In this document: positions 40,125-51,953 of the stretch, in pieces
How positions within the stretch are numbered: position 1 is the first letter of the stretch
How the letters are laid out: every line of letters starts with the position of its first letter
Source of the DNA: Octopus vulgaris
Lineage: Eukaryota
NCBI GenBank assembly: GCA_951406725.2
Contig: OX597814.1
Location: 114,204,001-114,268,000 of the forward strand
Length of the DNA stretch: 64,000 nucleotides
Reading direction: 5' to 3'
Translations under genes and position numbers: made by a program
Notes under the pieces: generated by a model
Told to the model about the DNA's origin: nothing
Seen by the model: the letters and a program-made list of their open reading frames with translations, nothing else
Database searches by the model: none

Positions 40125-41530
40125 CTTGAGAAATGAGAAAAAATTTACAAATGAATGAATGAATAAATAAATAATGAATTCATTAGTATGCAAAAACAAA
40201 TGGAAAACTGCAAACTAGCAGCTCTAGGGATATTTTATTTTATTATGTTGAAGATTTAATTTTATTCATCACATTTAAAAAAAATTTGTTTGAATTGAAA
40301 TCTCCAGTGCTTTAGGAAATTATATTTGAAACATATATTTCTAAATAATGTGAATTCTATTTTAAACAACTGCACAATATAAAATGATTTGAAATGTTGA
40401 CAAAAGGCCAGCAATCTGATGGAAGGAGCTAAGTCAATTACACTGACCCCAGTGTATAACTGGTACTTATTTTAATGACCCTCAAAAGGATGAAAGGCAA
40501 AGTTGACCTTAGTGGAATTTGAGCTCAGAGCTTAAAGATGGATGAAATGCCACTGAGCATTTTGCCCGGCATGCTACAAGTTATATAAAATTAAATACAC
40601 GAAGGTCAGAATAATAGATTTCTGAATTATTTCATAAATAAAAATCTTGATAAGATTGTAGCAAGTTAACAGACTATTAGCAAGAGTTTGGGTATTAATT
40701 CACCAGACATCGTCAAGTGAAAACAAAATCTAAATGATGATAATGATAATAATAATAAGTTGCCCATTCCCCTCTCAAAAGAGCTTTCTTTTTTTGTCTT
40801 GCAAGTATTTGGTGACCCTGTCAGTGCAGGTGCCATTTAAAAGCACCCAGTCCACACTGTATGGTGGTTGGCATTTGGAAGGGCATCCAGCTGTAAAAAC
40901 CTTACCAAAACTGACCTCACCTGTGCTTGTGCCACGTAAAAAGCACTAAGTCCACTCTGCCAGGTGGTTGGTGATAGTAAGGGCATCCAGCTGTAAAAAC
41001 CTTGTCAAAACAGTTAGAGAAGCCTAGTGCAGGTTTCTGCCTGGCCAGCTCTTGTCAAACCGTCCTACCCATGCCACAATGGAAGGTAGACGTTAAATGA
41101 TGATGATGATAATGATGTAAACTGTTTGCACTTAGAATAACCAATGAATTTGTGAAGCAGCATTATAAATAATCTACAAAAACCAATTTATAAAATGTAA
41201 AATATTTTACTTCAAGTTGAACATTTCCAAACTTGTTGGAATAAAAGCTAAAACATAAACAACCAAATTAATGAAGATATGCACATCACGTTAGATTGCT
41301 GTGTTATCAATGATAAATCATGTGATTCTTCTCCGGCAGCTATTGATTAGAAACCAGATGCTTGCAAGAATTCTTTCAAATATTAATAGTTCTAATTTTT
41401 CAGAGTCTTTTCCAGACGCTACATGTGAAGACATGTGGCAGTTTGCTTTGCTAGATTTATTTCTGATGTTTTAAAAAAATCTGTCTTAAAAAAACTGTTC
41501 TTTAGTAACATTGAAGCTAATACTGTTACA

Positions 41531-41645
41531 CATCGTAATGTTTTTCTCATATTTTATTGTGCAGTGTCTTCGTTATATCTGCGAAACAATGGATCGCAGT
41601 AAACTTGGAATTTCCGGGACATTTTATTCGAATTTATCATCAAAA
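41531..41645 (+). repeat. Perfect 115-bp inverted copy of 43468-43582 (STK36 acceptor plus first 81 nt of exon)
   Basis: Base-by-base reverse-complement identity; similarity ends abruptly at both sides; no TSD. Confidence 0.97.
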
Positions 41646-43397
41646 GTGAAAAGCAATGTGGCTCCGTGATTAGGCTGTTTGGCTTATAATCACAAGAATG
41701 TAGGTTTCATTCCCAGACCAGGCAGCATGCTGTGTCCTTGAGGAAAGCATTTTATATCTGTGCATCACTCCACTCTAATCAACTGATGATGAGTACCAGC
41801 TGGAGCAGTCCTTTTTCCCTCCAGCTGTCACATCGTCGGTGTCTCACAGGTCAAACGAGAAATTTGTTTGATTTGATTTTAACATAATGAAACTTTTTCT
41901 TTTGAAAATTAATATTAATTTCATGAGAAGAGTGTTGTAGTTTGCTTGAAGCATTGTAGTACAGAAACAGAATAATGAACATCAACATCAAAAAATCAAA
42001 TGGAAATTGTAGTTGTGATACCTGTGCCGGTGGCATGTAAAAAGCACCATCCGAACGTGGACGATGCCAGCACTGCCTTGACTGGCTTCCGTGCCAGTGG
42101 CACGTAAAAAGCACCAACCAATCGTGGCCACTGCCAGCCTCCTCTGGGCCCTGTGCCAGTGGCATGTAAAAAGCATCCACTACGCTCACGGAGTGGTTGG
42201 CATTAGGAAGGGCATCCAGCTGTAGAAACACTGCCAGATCAGACTGGAGCCTGGTGCAGCCTCCTGGCTTCCCAGACCCCAGTTGAACCGTCCAACCCAT
42301 GCTAGCATGGAAAACGGACATGATGATGATGATGAATGAAATGAGAAACACAGAAAGTTGCTCATGATGCAGAAAGCTTTTTAAATTCCTTTATATTTCA
42401 GGTGCAGCAAAGGCCTACCTTCAGAAAAATAGAGTTCAAGAAATGTGTGTCTACATAGATCCTGTCATTTTAGATAGCCTGATGGGCAGAGACCCTGTTT
42501 TAGTATGGTGCCTGTGAGGGCGGCGAGCTAGCAGAAACGTTAGCACGTCGGGCGAAATGCTTTGTGGTATTTCGTCCGCCGCTGCATTCTGAGTTCAAAT
42601 TCCGCCGAGGTCAACTTTACCTTTCATCCTTCCGGGGTCGATAAATTAAGTACCAGTGACGCACTGGGGTCGATGTAATCGACTTAATCCGTTCGTCTGT
42701 CCTTGTTTGTCCTCTCTGTGTTTAGCCCCTTGTGGGTAGTAAAGAAACAAGTATGGTGCCTGTGTTAGTAGCAGCAGCTCCCAATATGCTGGTGTTGCTG
42801 GTGCCATAGAGATCACATTCATTGATTTCATCATTTTGTATAAGTACCAAGAAATTTGCTAAAAGTTTAAATTCTAATAATTATATCTAAGTCATAGTTC
42901 CTGATATTACCCACGATGGTAAAAGGATGCTTCCAAAAATTACTCATCACATGATGGGTAACGCTTGTGTGTGTGTGTATTCACTTTCCAACCAAATGCT
43001 TCCAGGTTCAGTTCCACAGTACGGCACCTTATACAGATGTCTTATGCTATACTCTTTGCTTGACCAAAGTTTTGTGAGTGAATTTGGTAGGCAGAAACTG
43101 AAAGAAGCCCGTGTGAGTGTGTGTGTATTTGTGTGCCTCTACCACTTGATAACCAGTGTTGTTATGTTTACATCCCTGTAACACCAGGCCTTTTAAAAGT
43201 TTCTGTTTACCAAATCCACTCAAAGCTTTGATCAGCCTGAGGCAATAATAGATATTTGCCCAAGGTGCCATGCAGTGGGACTGAACTCAAGACCCCATGG
43301 TTGGGAAGCAAATTTTTTGAGCTGTACAGTTATATCAGTATCTCTACAAGGATTGTGTAGAAATTTCTGAGAACAATGAAAAAAAAAAAACACTTAC

Positions 43398-43548
43398 TTG
43401 CATGTGTATTAGAAATGGCAGCATTTTGGTATGAAGAAATAAATATAGACTGAAGAGTCTGGGATGATTTTGATGATAAATTCGAATAAAATGTCCCGGA
43501 AATTCCAAGTTTACTGCGATCCATTGTTTCGCAGATATAACGAAGACA
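43398..43548 (-). CDS. STK36: STK36/Fused internal exon (151 nt, phase 0->1): CLRYICETMDRSKLGISGTFYSNLSSKSSQTLQSIFISSYQNAAISNTHA
   Basis: Acceptor ttttattgtgcag, donor gtaagt; matches recalled human STK36 [26 protein letters not shown]. Confidence 0.85.
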
Positions 43549-43749
43549 CTGCACAATAAAATATGAGAAAAACATTACGATGACTTATGTATAACTTAAA
43601 CGAAAGAAACTCAAAATAGTTTTTTTTGTTGTTAATTTTCTGTGGTGCAAAGATTAACAAGACAGAAATTCTATAATTTTTCTGATATATATATATATAT
43701 ATATATAGCTTAGTTCTGCTGTTCACAAACTGAATTCACAGAAATTTAC

Positions 43750-44993
43750 TTGTTTCAGAGGATTAGTAGAGGGGAGGTGCGACGATGTTCTTGAGGAGAC
43801 TCTGGGTGTCAACAGGGAATATCTGACTAGCCTATTCAGGACCACTTTTGAGCCAGGACCTACAGACAGTTTCCAGAAATCCTTGTTCATGGCAGTGCTA
43901 TTAGGGAACATTTCCTATCCAAGATGAGATCTTGGTAAGTAGCTTGCTTACCAAGCACATGGTTCTGGGTTCAGTCCCACTGTGTGGCACCTTGGGCAAG
44001 TGTCTTCTACTATAACCACAAGCCGACCAAAACCTTGTGAGTGGATTTGGTAGATGGAAACTGAAAGAAGCCCGTCGTGTATATGTATATGTGTGTGTGT
44101 GTGTTTGTGTGTCTGTGCTTGTCCCCCCAATATCACTTGACAACCGATGCTGGTGTGTTTACATCCCCATAACTTAGAGGTTCGGCAAAAGAGACTGATA
44201 GAATAAGTACTAGGCTTACAAAGAATAAGTCCTGGGGTTGACTTGCTCGACTAAAGGTGGTGCTCCAGCATGGCCGCAGTCAAATGATTGAAACAAGTTA
44301 AAGAGCAAAAGAGACAGATCAAGAAACACTGAACCGACCTGCCCGAGATATGGTCAGAATGATGAAACTGTTCTGCATGCACTCGTGCAATGTCCAAATA
44401 TTTCAGACCTGTGGGCCTATGTTGAATGGCTGCTGTCATGTCACCTGAGTCTATCATAAATATTGCCCTGCCACCTTCCTTTAACTAGGAAGGCAAAGTG
44501 CTGGTGGCTACAGCGAAAGAATGTGTATAGTGGACTCGTTTGAAAGGCTTAGAAACAAATACTTTCCTCTCTGGTCAACCTCTCATCAACTTTTTCAAGT
44601 ATTACTTGAAAATGAAAGTGAGATTAGAGAGGGAAGTTTTATCTAATGAAAAGTTTAATAAAAGGTGGCTGAATGTAGCAAGGATGGTATGCATGAATGA
44701 CAGACCTACTTTGAGCATGAACCCATAAAACAAAAAGAGAAAGGGCGCTTTGCTCTCATGTTTTTTTTCTGAGGTTACCATGGTTTTTTCATAGGTTTTT
44801 CTTTCCACGGAAAACCCTAGTCAATGTTCTATTTTCTCCCTCTTTTGAGGATTTGTGTTGTTAAAACGTGACCTTGTTATCTCTGTGTACACGTCCCAAA
44901 ATGTTTTCAATCCCTATTAATCAGTTTTGAAAAGAAAAATTCTACATTGTATTGCTCCCTCCATGTTTGTCCCTGCATTACTTAATAAAGAGA
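43750..44993 (+). mobile_element. Tx1/L1-clade LINE 3' fragment, interrupted by a SINE
   Basis: Zinc-knuckle remnant TCPRYGQNDETVLHALVQCP at ~44335-44400; upstream FQKSL/WQCY remnant; ORF end 44728; 3' UTR ending aataaagaga. Confidence 0.75.
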
Positions 44994-46665
44994 TCTATTT
45001 TACTTGTTTCAATCACTGGACTGTGGCCATGCTGGGGCAATGCCTTGAAGGATTTTAGTTGAACAAAACCAATCCCAGTACTTTATTCTTTCACTTGTTT
45101 CAGTCATTTGATTGTGGCCATGCTGGAGTACCACCTTTAGTTGAACAAATCAACCTCAGAATTTACTCTTTTTAAGCCTAATACTTATTCTATTGGTCTC
45201 TCTTTCTGAACTGCTGATTTACAGGGATGTAAACACACCAACATCAGTTGTCAAGCAATGGTGGGGGGACAAATACATCATCATCATCGTTTAACGTCTG
45301 TTTTGAATGCTGGCAGGAGTTGGACGGTTCGACCAGGGTCTGGGAAGCCAGGAGGCTGCATTAGGCTCCAGTCTGATCTGGCAGTGTTTCTACAGCTGGA
45401 TGCCCTTCACAACGCCAACCACTCCGTGAGTATAGTGGGTGCTTTTTACGTGCCAGGGGAGGCTGGCAACGACCACAATTGGTTGGTGCTTTTTATGTGC
45501 AACCGGTACGGAAGCCAGTCAAGGCGGTGCTGGCATCCATGCATATAAATACACTCTCTCTCTTTTACTTGTTTCAGTCATTTGACTGTGGCCATGGTGG
45601 AGCAGCACCTTTAGCAAATCTATAAACTTAAAAGTGAAAACACCTCACAGTTAACACAAGGCAAGATACTACATTGGCTTGTAAACCTTTAATGTACTTG
45701 ATACTATGGTATGGTTTCAAAACAAAATACAGTGTCTTTGCTAGCAATTACTAAAATCTATACTATTTCAACAATTTAATAAAAGTATGTATTTATTTTA
45801 GGAAATTAAAAAGTACCGAGAAGGTTCTAGAATCTTGGTTACTGGGCTATGACACTGTTTTGTAGCTTCAGCTAAATTCTTCATTCTACTTCTAAGGTTT
45901 CTTCAGAACATAAAAAAAAAAAAAAAACCCACAAAAATCATACAAGTAATATTACGATATAATTTGTTTCACATTCGAAAAACTCTTCAGCACATTAATG
46001 TTTTCGATTTCATAAGAAAAAAAAAAATCGATTAAGTTCTGCTTTTTTCCATTTTCTGTCTTTTAATTTCTTATTTGTATTGAATTGTAAATGTCTAGAA
46101 CAAAGGTTGCATGATAAATAAATACTTTCCAAATATTACTAATTTCTTAATCTTTTCTTTTTTTTTTTTTTTTCATCGGGATTTAGTTTAAGATTCTTAA
46201 AAATATAAAATACCAATACACAGTTAAAGAACAAAGCAATCACTCAAATTACCGATCAGAAAATACTATTAAAAAAGTAAATGACATTTCAGATATTTTT
46301 CTTTAAGGAAATTAGAATTTTATATTTGTGAATATTATTCATGCAAGTTATTAATTAAAATCAAGTAATTGGTTTTTTATAAGAACGAGATACATGGCAA
46401 GCTCCTGTTCACAACTAGCTGTATTCTAGCGACACTGTTATACATGCACACGCACACATATTCATACATAGACATACAAATGTAAGAATACATGTAATCT
46501 GTCTGTCTGTCTGTGCAGCGGCATTTTATGCCTGTTTTCCAGGTGAGCATATGTGGGATGGTTAGAAAGGCACCAAACAAATCAGGGCACTGCATTGCAC
46601 TTCAATGTCTCAGTTTAGGCATGGTTTCTACAGCTAGATGTTCTTCTTAACACCAATCGCTTCAA

Positions 46666-46897
46666 CCCTTTAGCATTTAAACTGCATTTAAACTGGCCAT
46701 ACCCAGCCCAAATATTCTACTTGTTTTATGCTCAAACTGGCCAGATTCAGCCTCTCACATTGACCCTACAATGTCATTCTAAAAATAAAAACAATCACAT
46801 CATTGAAATCTCAAAGATCTGAGATAATGCATGATCAGGTCGAAACAATATGAATAAATAAGCATTGGGCTTGAGAGAGCAATCTGAATGCAAAAGG
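46666..46897. mobile_element. Second piggyBac-like MITE family; fragmented copy at ~14215-15040
   Basis: TIR CCCTTTAGCATT / AATGCAAAAGGG with degenerate TTAA flanks. Confidence 0.65.
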
Positions 46898-47129
46898 GTT
46901 ATAGGGGGTACTGGGTGCTTTTTATGTGACACCAACTTTAGTAGGGCCACTTTGCAACTTACAAGAGTAGAAAGTTTAAAGTGACCTCCCACATACACAC
47001 AAGCATACGCACACATACCTTCATAAAATGCAACAAAGGCAGAGATGTTCTTGAAAGAAGCACCAAATTCAAAAACAGCAAAAAGACTAATAAGTCGCAT
47101 AACTAATTAGGAATGAAATTAGCTTAGAT

Positions 47130-48570
47130 GAGACACAGATCAGCTATGTGCCAGAAAGGGGTACCACAGATACCCTCTTCCTAGTAAAATGACTACATGA
47201 GTTCTTAGTAAAAAAAGAACTCTAGCATTCATTGATTGAGAAAAGGCCTATGACCCTAACACAGGGTGAAACACACCATGCTCTGGTAGCCACAAAGGTA
47301 ACTAGATGTAGAGAAATGGCTTGTGAGAACTGTGCAAGCCATGTACAAGGATGCTATCAGTAAGGTGAGAATAGCAACAAGTTCAGCAAGGAATTTAATG
47401 TGCAGATAAGTGTTCATCACAGCTCAGTCCTCAGCCATTATTTGTTGTCTTCAGCCTTCATTTATACAAGGTGGCAAGCTGGCAGAAATGCTAAGCAGTA
47501 TTTTGTCTACCGCTACGTTCTGAGTTCAAATCACCGAGGTCAACTTTGCCTTTCATCCTTTCGGGGTTGATTAAATAAGTACCAGTTATGCACTGGGGTC
47601 GAAATAATCGACTTAATCCGTTTGTCTGTCCTTCTTTGTCCTCTCTGTGTTTAGCCCCTTGTGGGTGGTAAAAAAATAGGTATACCTTGCACAACAAAAA
47701 GGTACTTAGGGACCGTCAGGGCTGGTACTACATAAAAAGCACTCTTATAATAAATTCTTTCAAATGCTTGGAGGGTTCTCTAAAAGTAACATATAGCTTT
47801 TGTTATTCAAATGTTTGCATTCTTCCCATTGGTGAAGAGTGTTTTGAAAAACATAGCCAGAACAAGAATGGGTTAGAAAAAGTTAAGAGAATGATAACCT
47901 CTGTTAGCATTAACACTTTTGATACCAACATGGCTGAAACCGCCTCTGGCTCTGTAGTACAAATGTCTTATTTTCATAGGTTTTAAATTAAAATCTTCCA
48001 CCAAACTTTAGTCATAATTTATGTTCCTAACACTAGCTTACTGATAACAAAGTTATTTTACTAAATTCTTTGTTATATTTAAAATCAATTGAAAGAAACA
48101 CAGAGCATCTCAAAATAAATACGGTAATGAAAGGGTTAAAGGGATTCTCTCTAAGAGTGATAATTTTGTGAATGCTAGTGAAATATTGGCATTGAATGGT
48201 AAGAATATGTGGAGGATAGAGAGAAATGCGATGAGCATGCTGTGCTGGATCGTAATGTTAAGAGGAATGAATGAAGGAACAGGGAAACTTGGATATAAGA
48301 CAAATCAGTTGTGGCACACAAAAGAGGAGTCTGTGTTGGTTTGGAGATGTGATGCTTAGAAAGAATGGCAGATGGATGAAGATGTACCAAGGGATGAAAG
48401 TGGAAGAGCTTACAGAAGAGGAAGACTGAAAGAAACATATAAGGAATAAGTGATGAAAATTGAACTCTGGATCTCATAGAGAGGATGACAAAGAACTGCA
48501 AGAAGTGGTGATACACTCTGATGGAGAAGACTCTGCCAATTGATACAAGAATGGAAACTGACAGACTGAT
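47130..48570 (+). mobile_element. Highly decayed RTE-clade LINE, internally deleted and interrupted
   Basis: Remnants WLVRTVQAMYKDAISKVR...FSKEFNVQISVHHSSVLS (~47310-47440) and NASEILAL...RIERNAMSMLCWI (~48170-48250). Confidence 0.7.
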
Positions 48571-48660
48571 GTTGATAACATGTGTGAGTGTGTGTGTGTG
48601 TGTGTGAGCAAGAGAGAGAGAGACAGAGAGAGAGACAGACAGAGAGAGAGTCAGAGACAG

Positions 48661-48693
<33 letters not shown>

Positions 48694-49671
48694 GCATGTG
48701 TATGCACGACTGTGTGTGAGCAAAATGTATACAAACATACACCCTTCACATTTACAAGCTAGAACACAACAAACAAGTACATACACATACTCATGCACAA
48801 ATGCAAAAATCAATTGTTGAGACAAAACAATTTTTCTTTAAAAAAAACTACAGATTTTGATAATAATTTATTGATTTCAAAATATTTCAAAACAATAAAT
48901 TTCTCCGATATTAATATTAACAAGCAAAATAAAAGTTATTGAAATATTCAGAAAATTTTTCATTATTTTTGAGGGCTGTTTTTTTCTCCCCTAGTATTTA
49001 TTCTTACAGACTGATCAATGTAAATGCATATATATATATATATATATATATCAACTAATCTATGCATATATAGTCTTCTCTTAATTCAAGTTGGTAATCC
49101 AATATAGACAGACTAAAATATTGCATGGAAGAAAAACAATGAATGAACATTCTGGAAGTGAGGAAACAAAATTAGACGTGTTTAAATTAGTTTTAGCCTC
49201 ATAACTTTGTTGTCTAAGTTTAAACAATGCTGAAAAATGTGGACGGTCGAAGAGTGGAGTAAAACAAATGATTGAAAGCAAACAACATCAGAGTGATGAG
49301 ACCTAGGATAAATCTAATTGCTTTGATTAAGAAGCTTGTGATATCAAAAACAAAATCAAGCCAAATATTTACAAAGTACAGTCAAAGGATATAAGTATGT
49401 TTGACACTCAGGATAAGTTTAATATTATAGAGTGAGCAGAGGCACATGGATTGATACTCAGCTCATGATTGCAAGGTCATGAGGTCAATTCCCAGCAGTG
49501 TGTAGTTTCCTTAAGCAAGACACTTTATTTCACATAACTCCAGTCCACTCAGCTGGCAAAAGTGAGTTGTAGCTGTAATTCCAAAGGGCTAACCTTGTCA
49601 CATTCTGTGTCATGCTGAATCTCCCTAAGCACTGCACTAATGGCATGTGCGTCTGTAGAGTTTTTGGCCAC

Positions 49672-50480
49672 ATCATCATCATCATCGTTTAACGTCCGTT
49701 TTCCATGCAAGCATGGGTTGGATGGTTCGACCGGAGTCTGGAAAGCCAGGAGGCTGCACCAGGCTCCAGTCTGATCTGGCAGTGTTTCTACAGCTGGATG
49801 CCGTTCTTAATGCCAACCAATCCGTGAGTGCAGTGGGTGCTTTTTACGTGCCACCGACACAGGTGCCAGGGGAGGCTGGCATCAGCCACGATCAGTTGGT
49901 GCTTTTTACATACCACCTGCACAGAAGCCAGTCAGGGCAGTGCTGGCATCGGCCACATTCGGATGGTGCTTTTTACGTGCCACCGGCACAGGTATCACAA
50001 CTACAATTTCCATTTGATATTTATTTTGATGCTGATGTACTTGACTCAATAGGTCTCCTCAAGCACAGCAGGTCATGTGCCACCGGCGCAGAAGCCAGTC
50101 AAGGCGGCACTGGCATTGGCCACGTTCGGATGGTGCTTTTTACATGCCGCCGGCACAGGTATCATAACTACAATTTCCATTTGACATTTATTTTGATGTT
50201 GATGTACTTGACTCAATAGGTCTACTCAAGCACAGCAGGTCACCCTACAATCCAAGGTAAGCACAGCAGGTCGTTCTGCAATCCAAGGTACTTTGGATGG
50301 GCTGGGGCTATGCGAAACTGGTGCAGGAAGCAGCCATGAACTTACATTATTTGTCGGGTCTTTGCAGTCACAGCATATCTCCAGAGATCTCAGTCTTTCG
50401 TTATTGCCTCTGTGAGGTCCAATGTTCGAAGGTCATGCTTGACTACCTCTTCCCATGTCTTCCTGGGTCTACCTCTCCCC
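49672..50480 (-). mobile_element. RTE-clade LINE 3' end: ORF C-terminus, repeat-containing 3' UTR and (GAT)n tail; longest copy of the family here
   Basis: 50480-50342 translates GRGRPRKTWEEVVKHDLRTLDLTEAITKD*DLWRYAVTAKTRQIM*, followed by the UTR shared with the many shorter copies. Confidence 0.85.
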
Positions 50481-51250
50481 ATGTGGATGCTAATTTTGCA
50501 ATCAGTCTGTTCAGGTGATTGGATCATCTGAAACCCTCAATGTCATAACTGATGCAATGCCAGTAGTATGAAAGAGTATCACCATTATCCTCTCTATATA
50601 ACGTCTGTTTTCCATGCTGGCATGGGTTAGACAGTTTGATAGGATCCAGTGATCATCAGGGCCACAATAAACTCCAATGTCAGCTTTGGCCTAGTTTCCA
50701 GAGCCAGGTGCCCTTCCTAACACTGACCACTTTATACTGTGTACAGGGTGCTTTTCCTTTTGCACTTCGAGCATTAGGGAGGCCACCAAGTAACTTGCAA
50801 GGCAGGAAAGGTACAGGAAAAGAACCCCTGGACTGAGTGTGAAGGGGATTTGAGGAGGAGTAGGAAAGTTCCTTTGTGCCAGGTGTTGAAGGGTTAAAGT
50901 ATGATATGAGGGACAAGAGCAGAACCTCTTTTTTGTATGTTTGTTATTTTTGGTGTGTAGAAACCAATCAATGTTAACGACAGACTGAATGCAACCCAGT
51001 CATGATAATTAACTTGAATAAAAATTTACTTTCTACCTATCTCCATGTATGCACACATATACACATACATAAATATACATGCACACACACACACATATAT
51101 AGGTGCATGTGTACAGACAGAGATACATGTGTGTATACACACACACATATATATACATACAAATACACATACACACTTACATACACACACTTATACATTT
51201 ACATGTAAACACATACGTACACACACATATGCACACACATACATATACAG

Positions 51251-51907
51251 TAGAGTGGTGCAAAAAAGGTATTTTTACACAGATTTTTGAAATGTATTTT
51301 CAAGAATATATTTTTTTACTGTGAAATCCTTTAAAAACAACTCTGTTAAAATCTGAAGTACTTAAATTTACATCTTCAGGCTCCACAGCCCACTTGAAAT
51401 TTTGAATAATGGGAGAAAAATCAATTTATAACAGGTTTGCCTTTCCTCATTTTATTTTATATATCCATTGTTACGAATCAATTCTCTTTTGCGAAATCCT
51501 TTAAAAACAAGAGTGTTAAAATCCCAAACTCTAACATTTATATCTTCAGGCTCCGCAATGCATTTGAAATTTTGGAATTATATAAAATAAATCAACTTTT
51601 CGACTATTTATTGTTTTTAATACTAGGTCACCAAATATGTGTATTACATGAGGTGTAGATAACACACACACACATTAAAATAAAATTGCATCTAAACCAA
51701 TTTTTGATTCTTGACACATTTTGGTGATAAAAATAATTAACATAGATGCAGGAGTGGCTGTGTGGTAAGTAGCTTGCTTACCAATCACATGGTTCCGGGT
51801 TCAGTCCCACTGCATGGCACCTTGGGCAAGTGTCTTCTACTATTGCCTCGGGCTGACCAAAGCCTTGTGAGTGGATTTGGTAGACGGAAACTGAAAAGAA
51901 GCCTGTC

Positions 51908-51953
<46 letters not shown>

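Noticed and set aside
42021-42180. Repeat-spacer pattern resembling a CRISPR array
   Set aside because: The spacers are homologous to each other, the array lies in an RTE 3' UTR, the context is eukaryotic and there are no cas genes.
43344-43556. Alternative open frame of the exon (VFVISAKQWIAVNLEFPGHF...)
   Set aside because: Its phases do not fit the flanking exons and it has no similarity to STK36.
41531-43582. The 115-bp inverted repeats as TIRs of a 2-kb transposon
   Set aside because: No TSD, one arm is a host splice site and exon, and the interior is ordinary intron.
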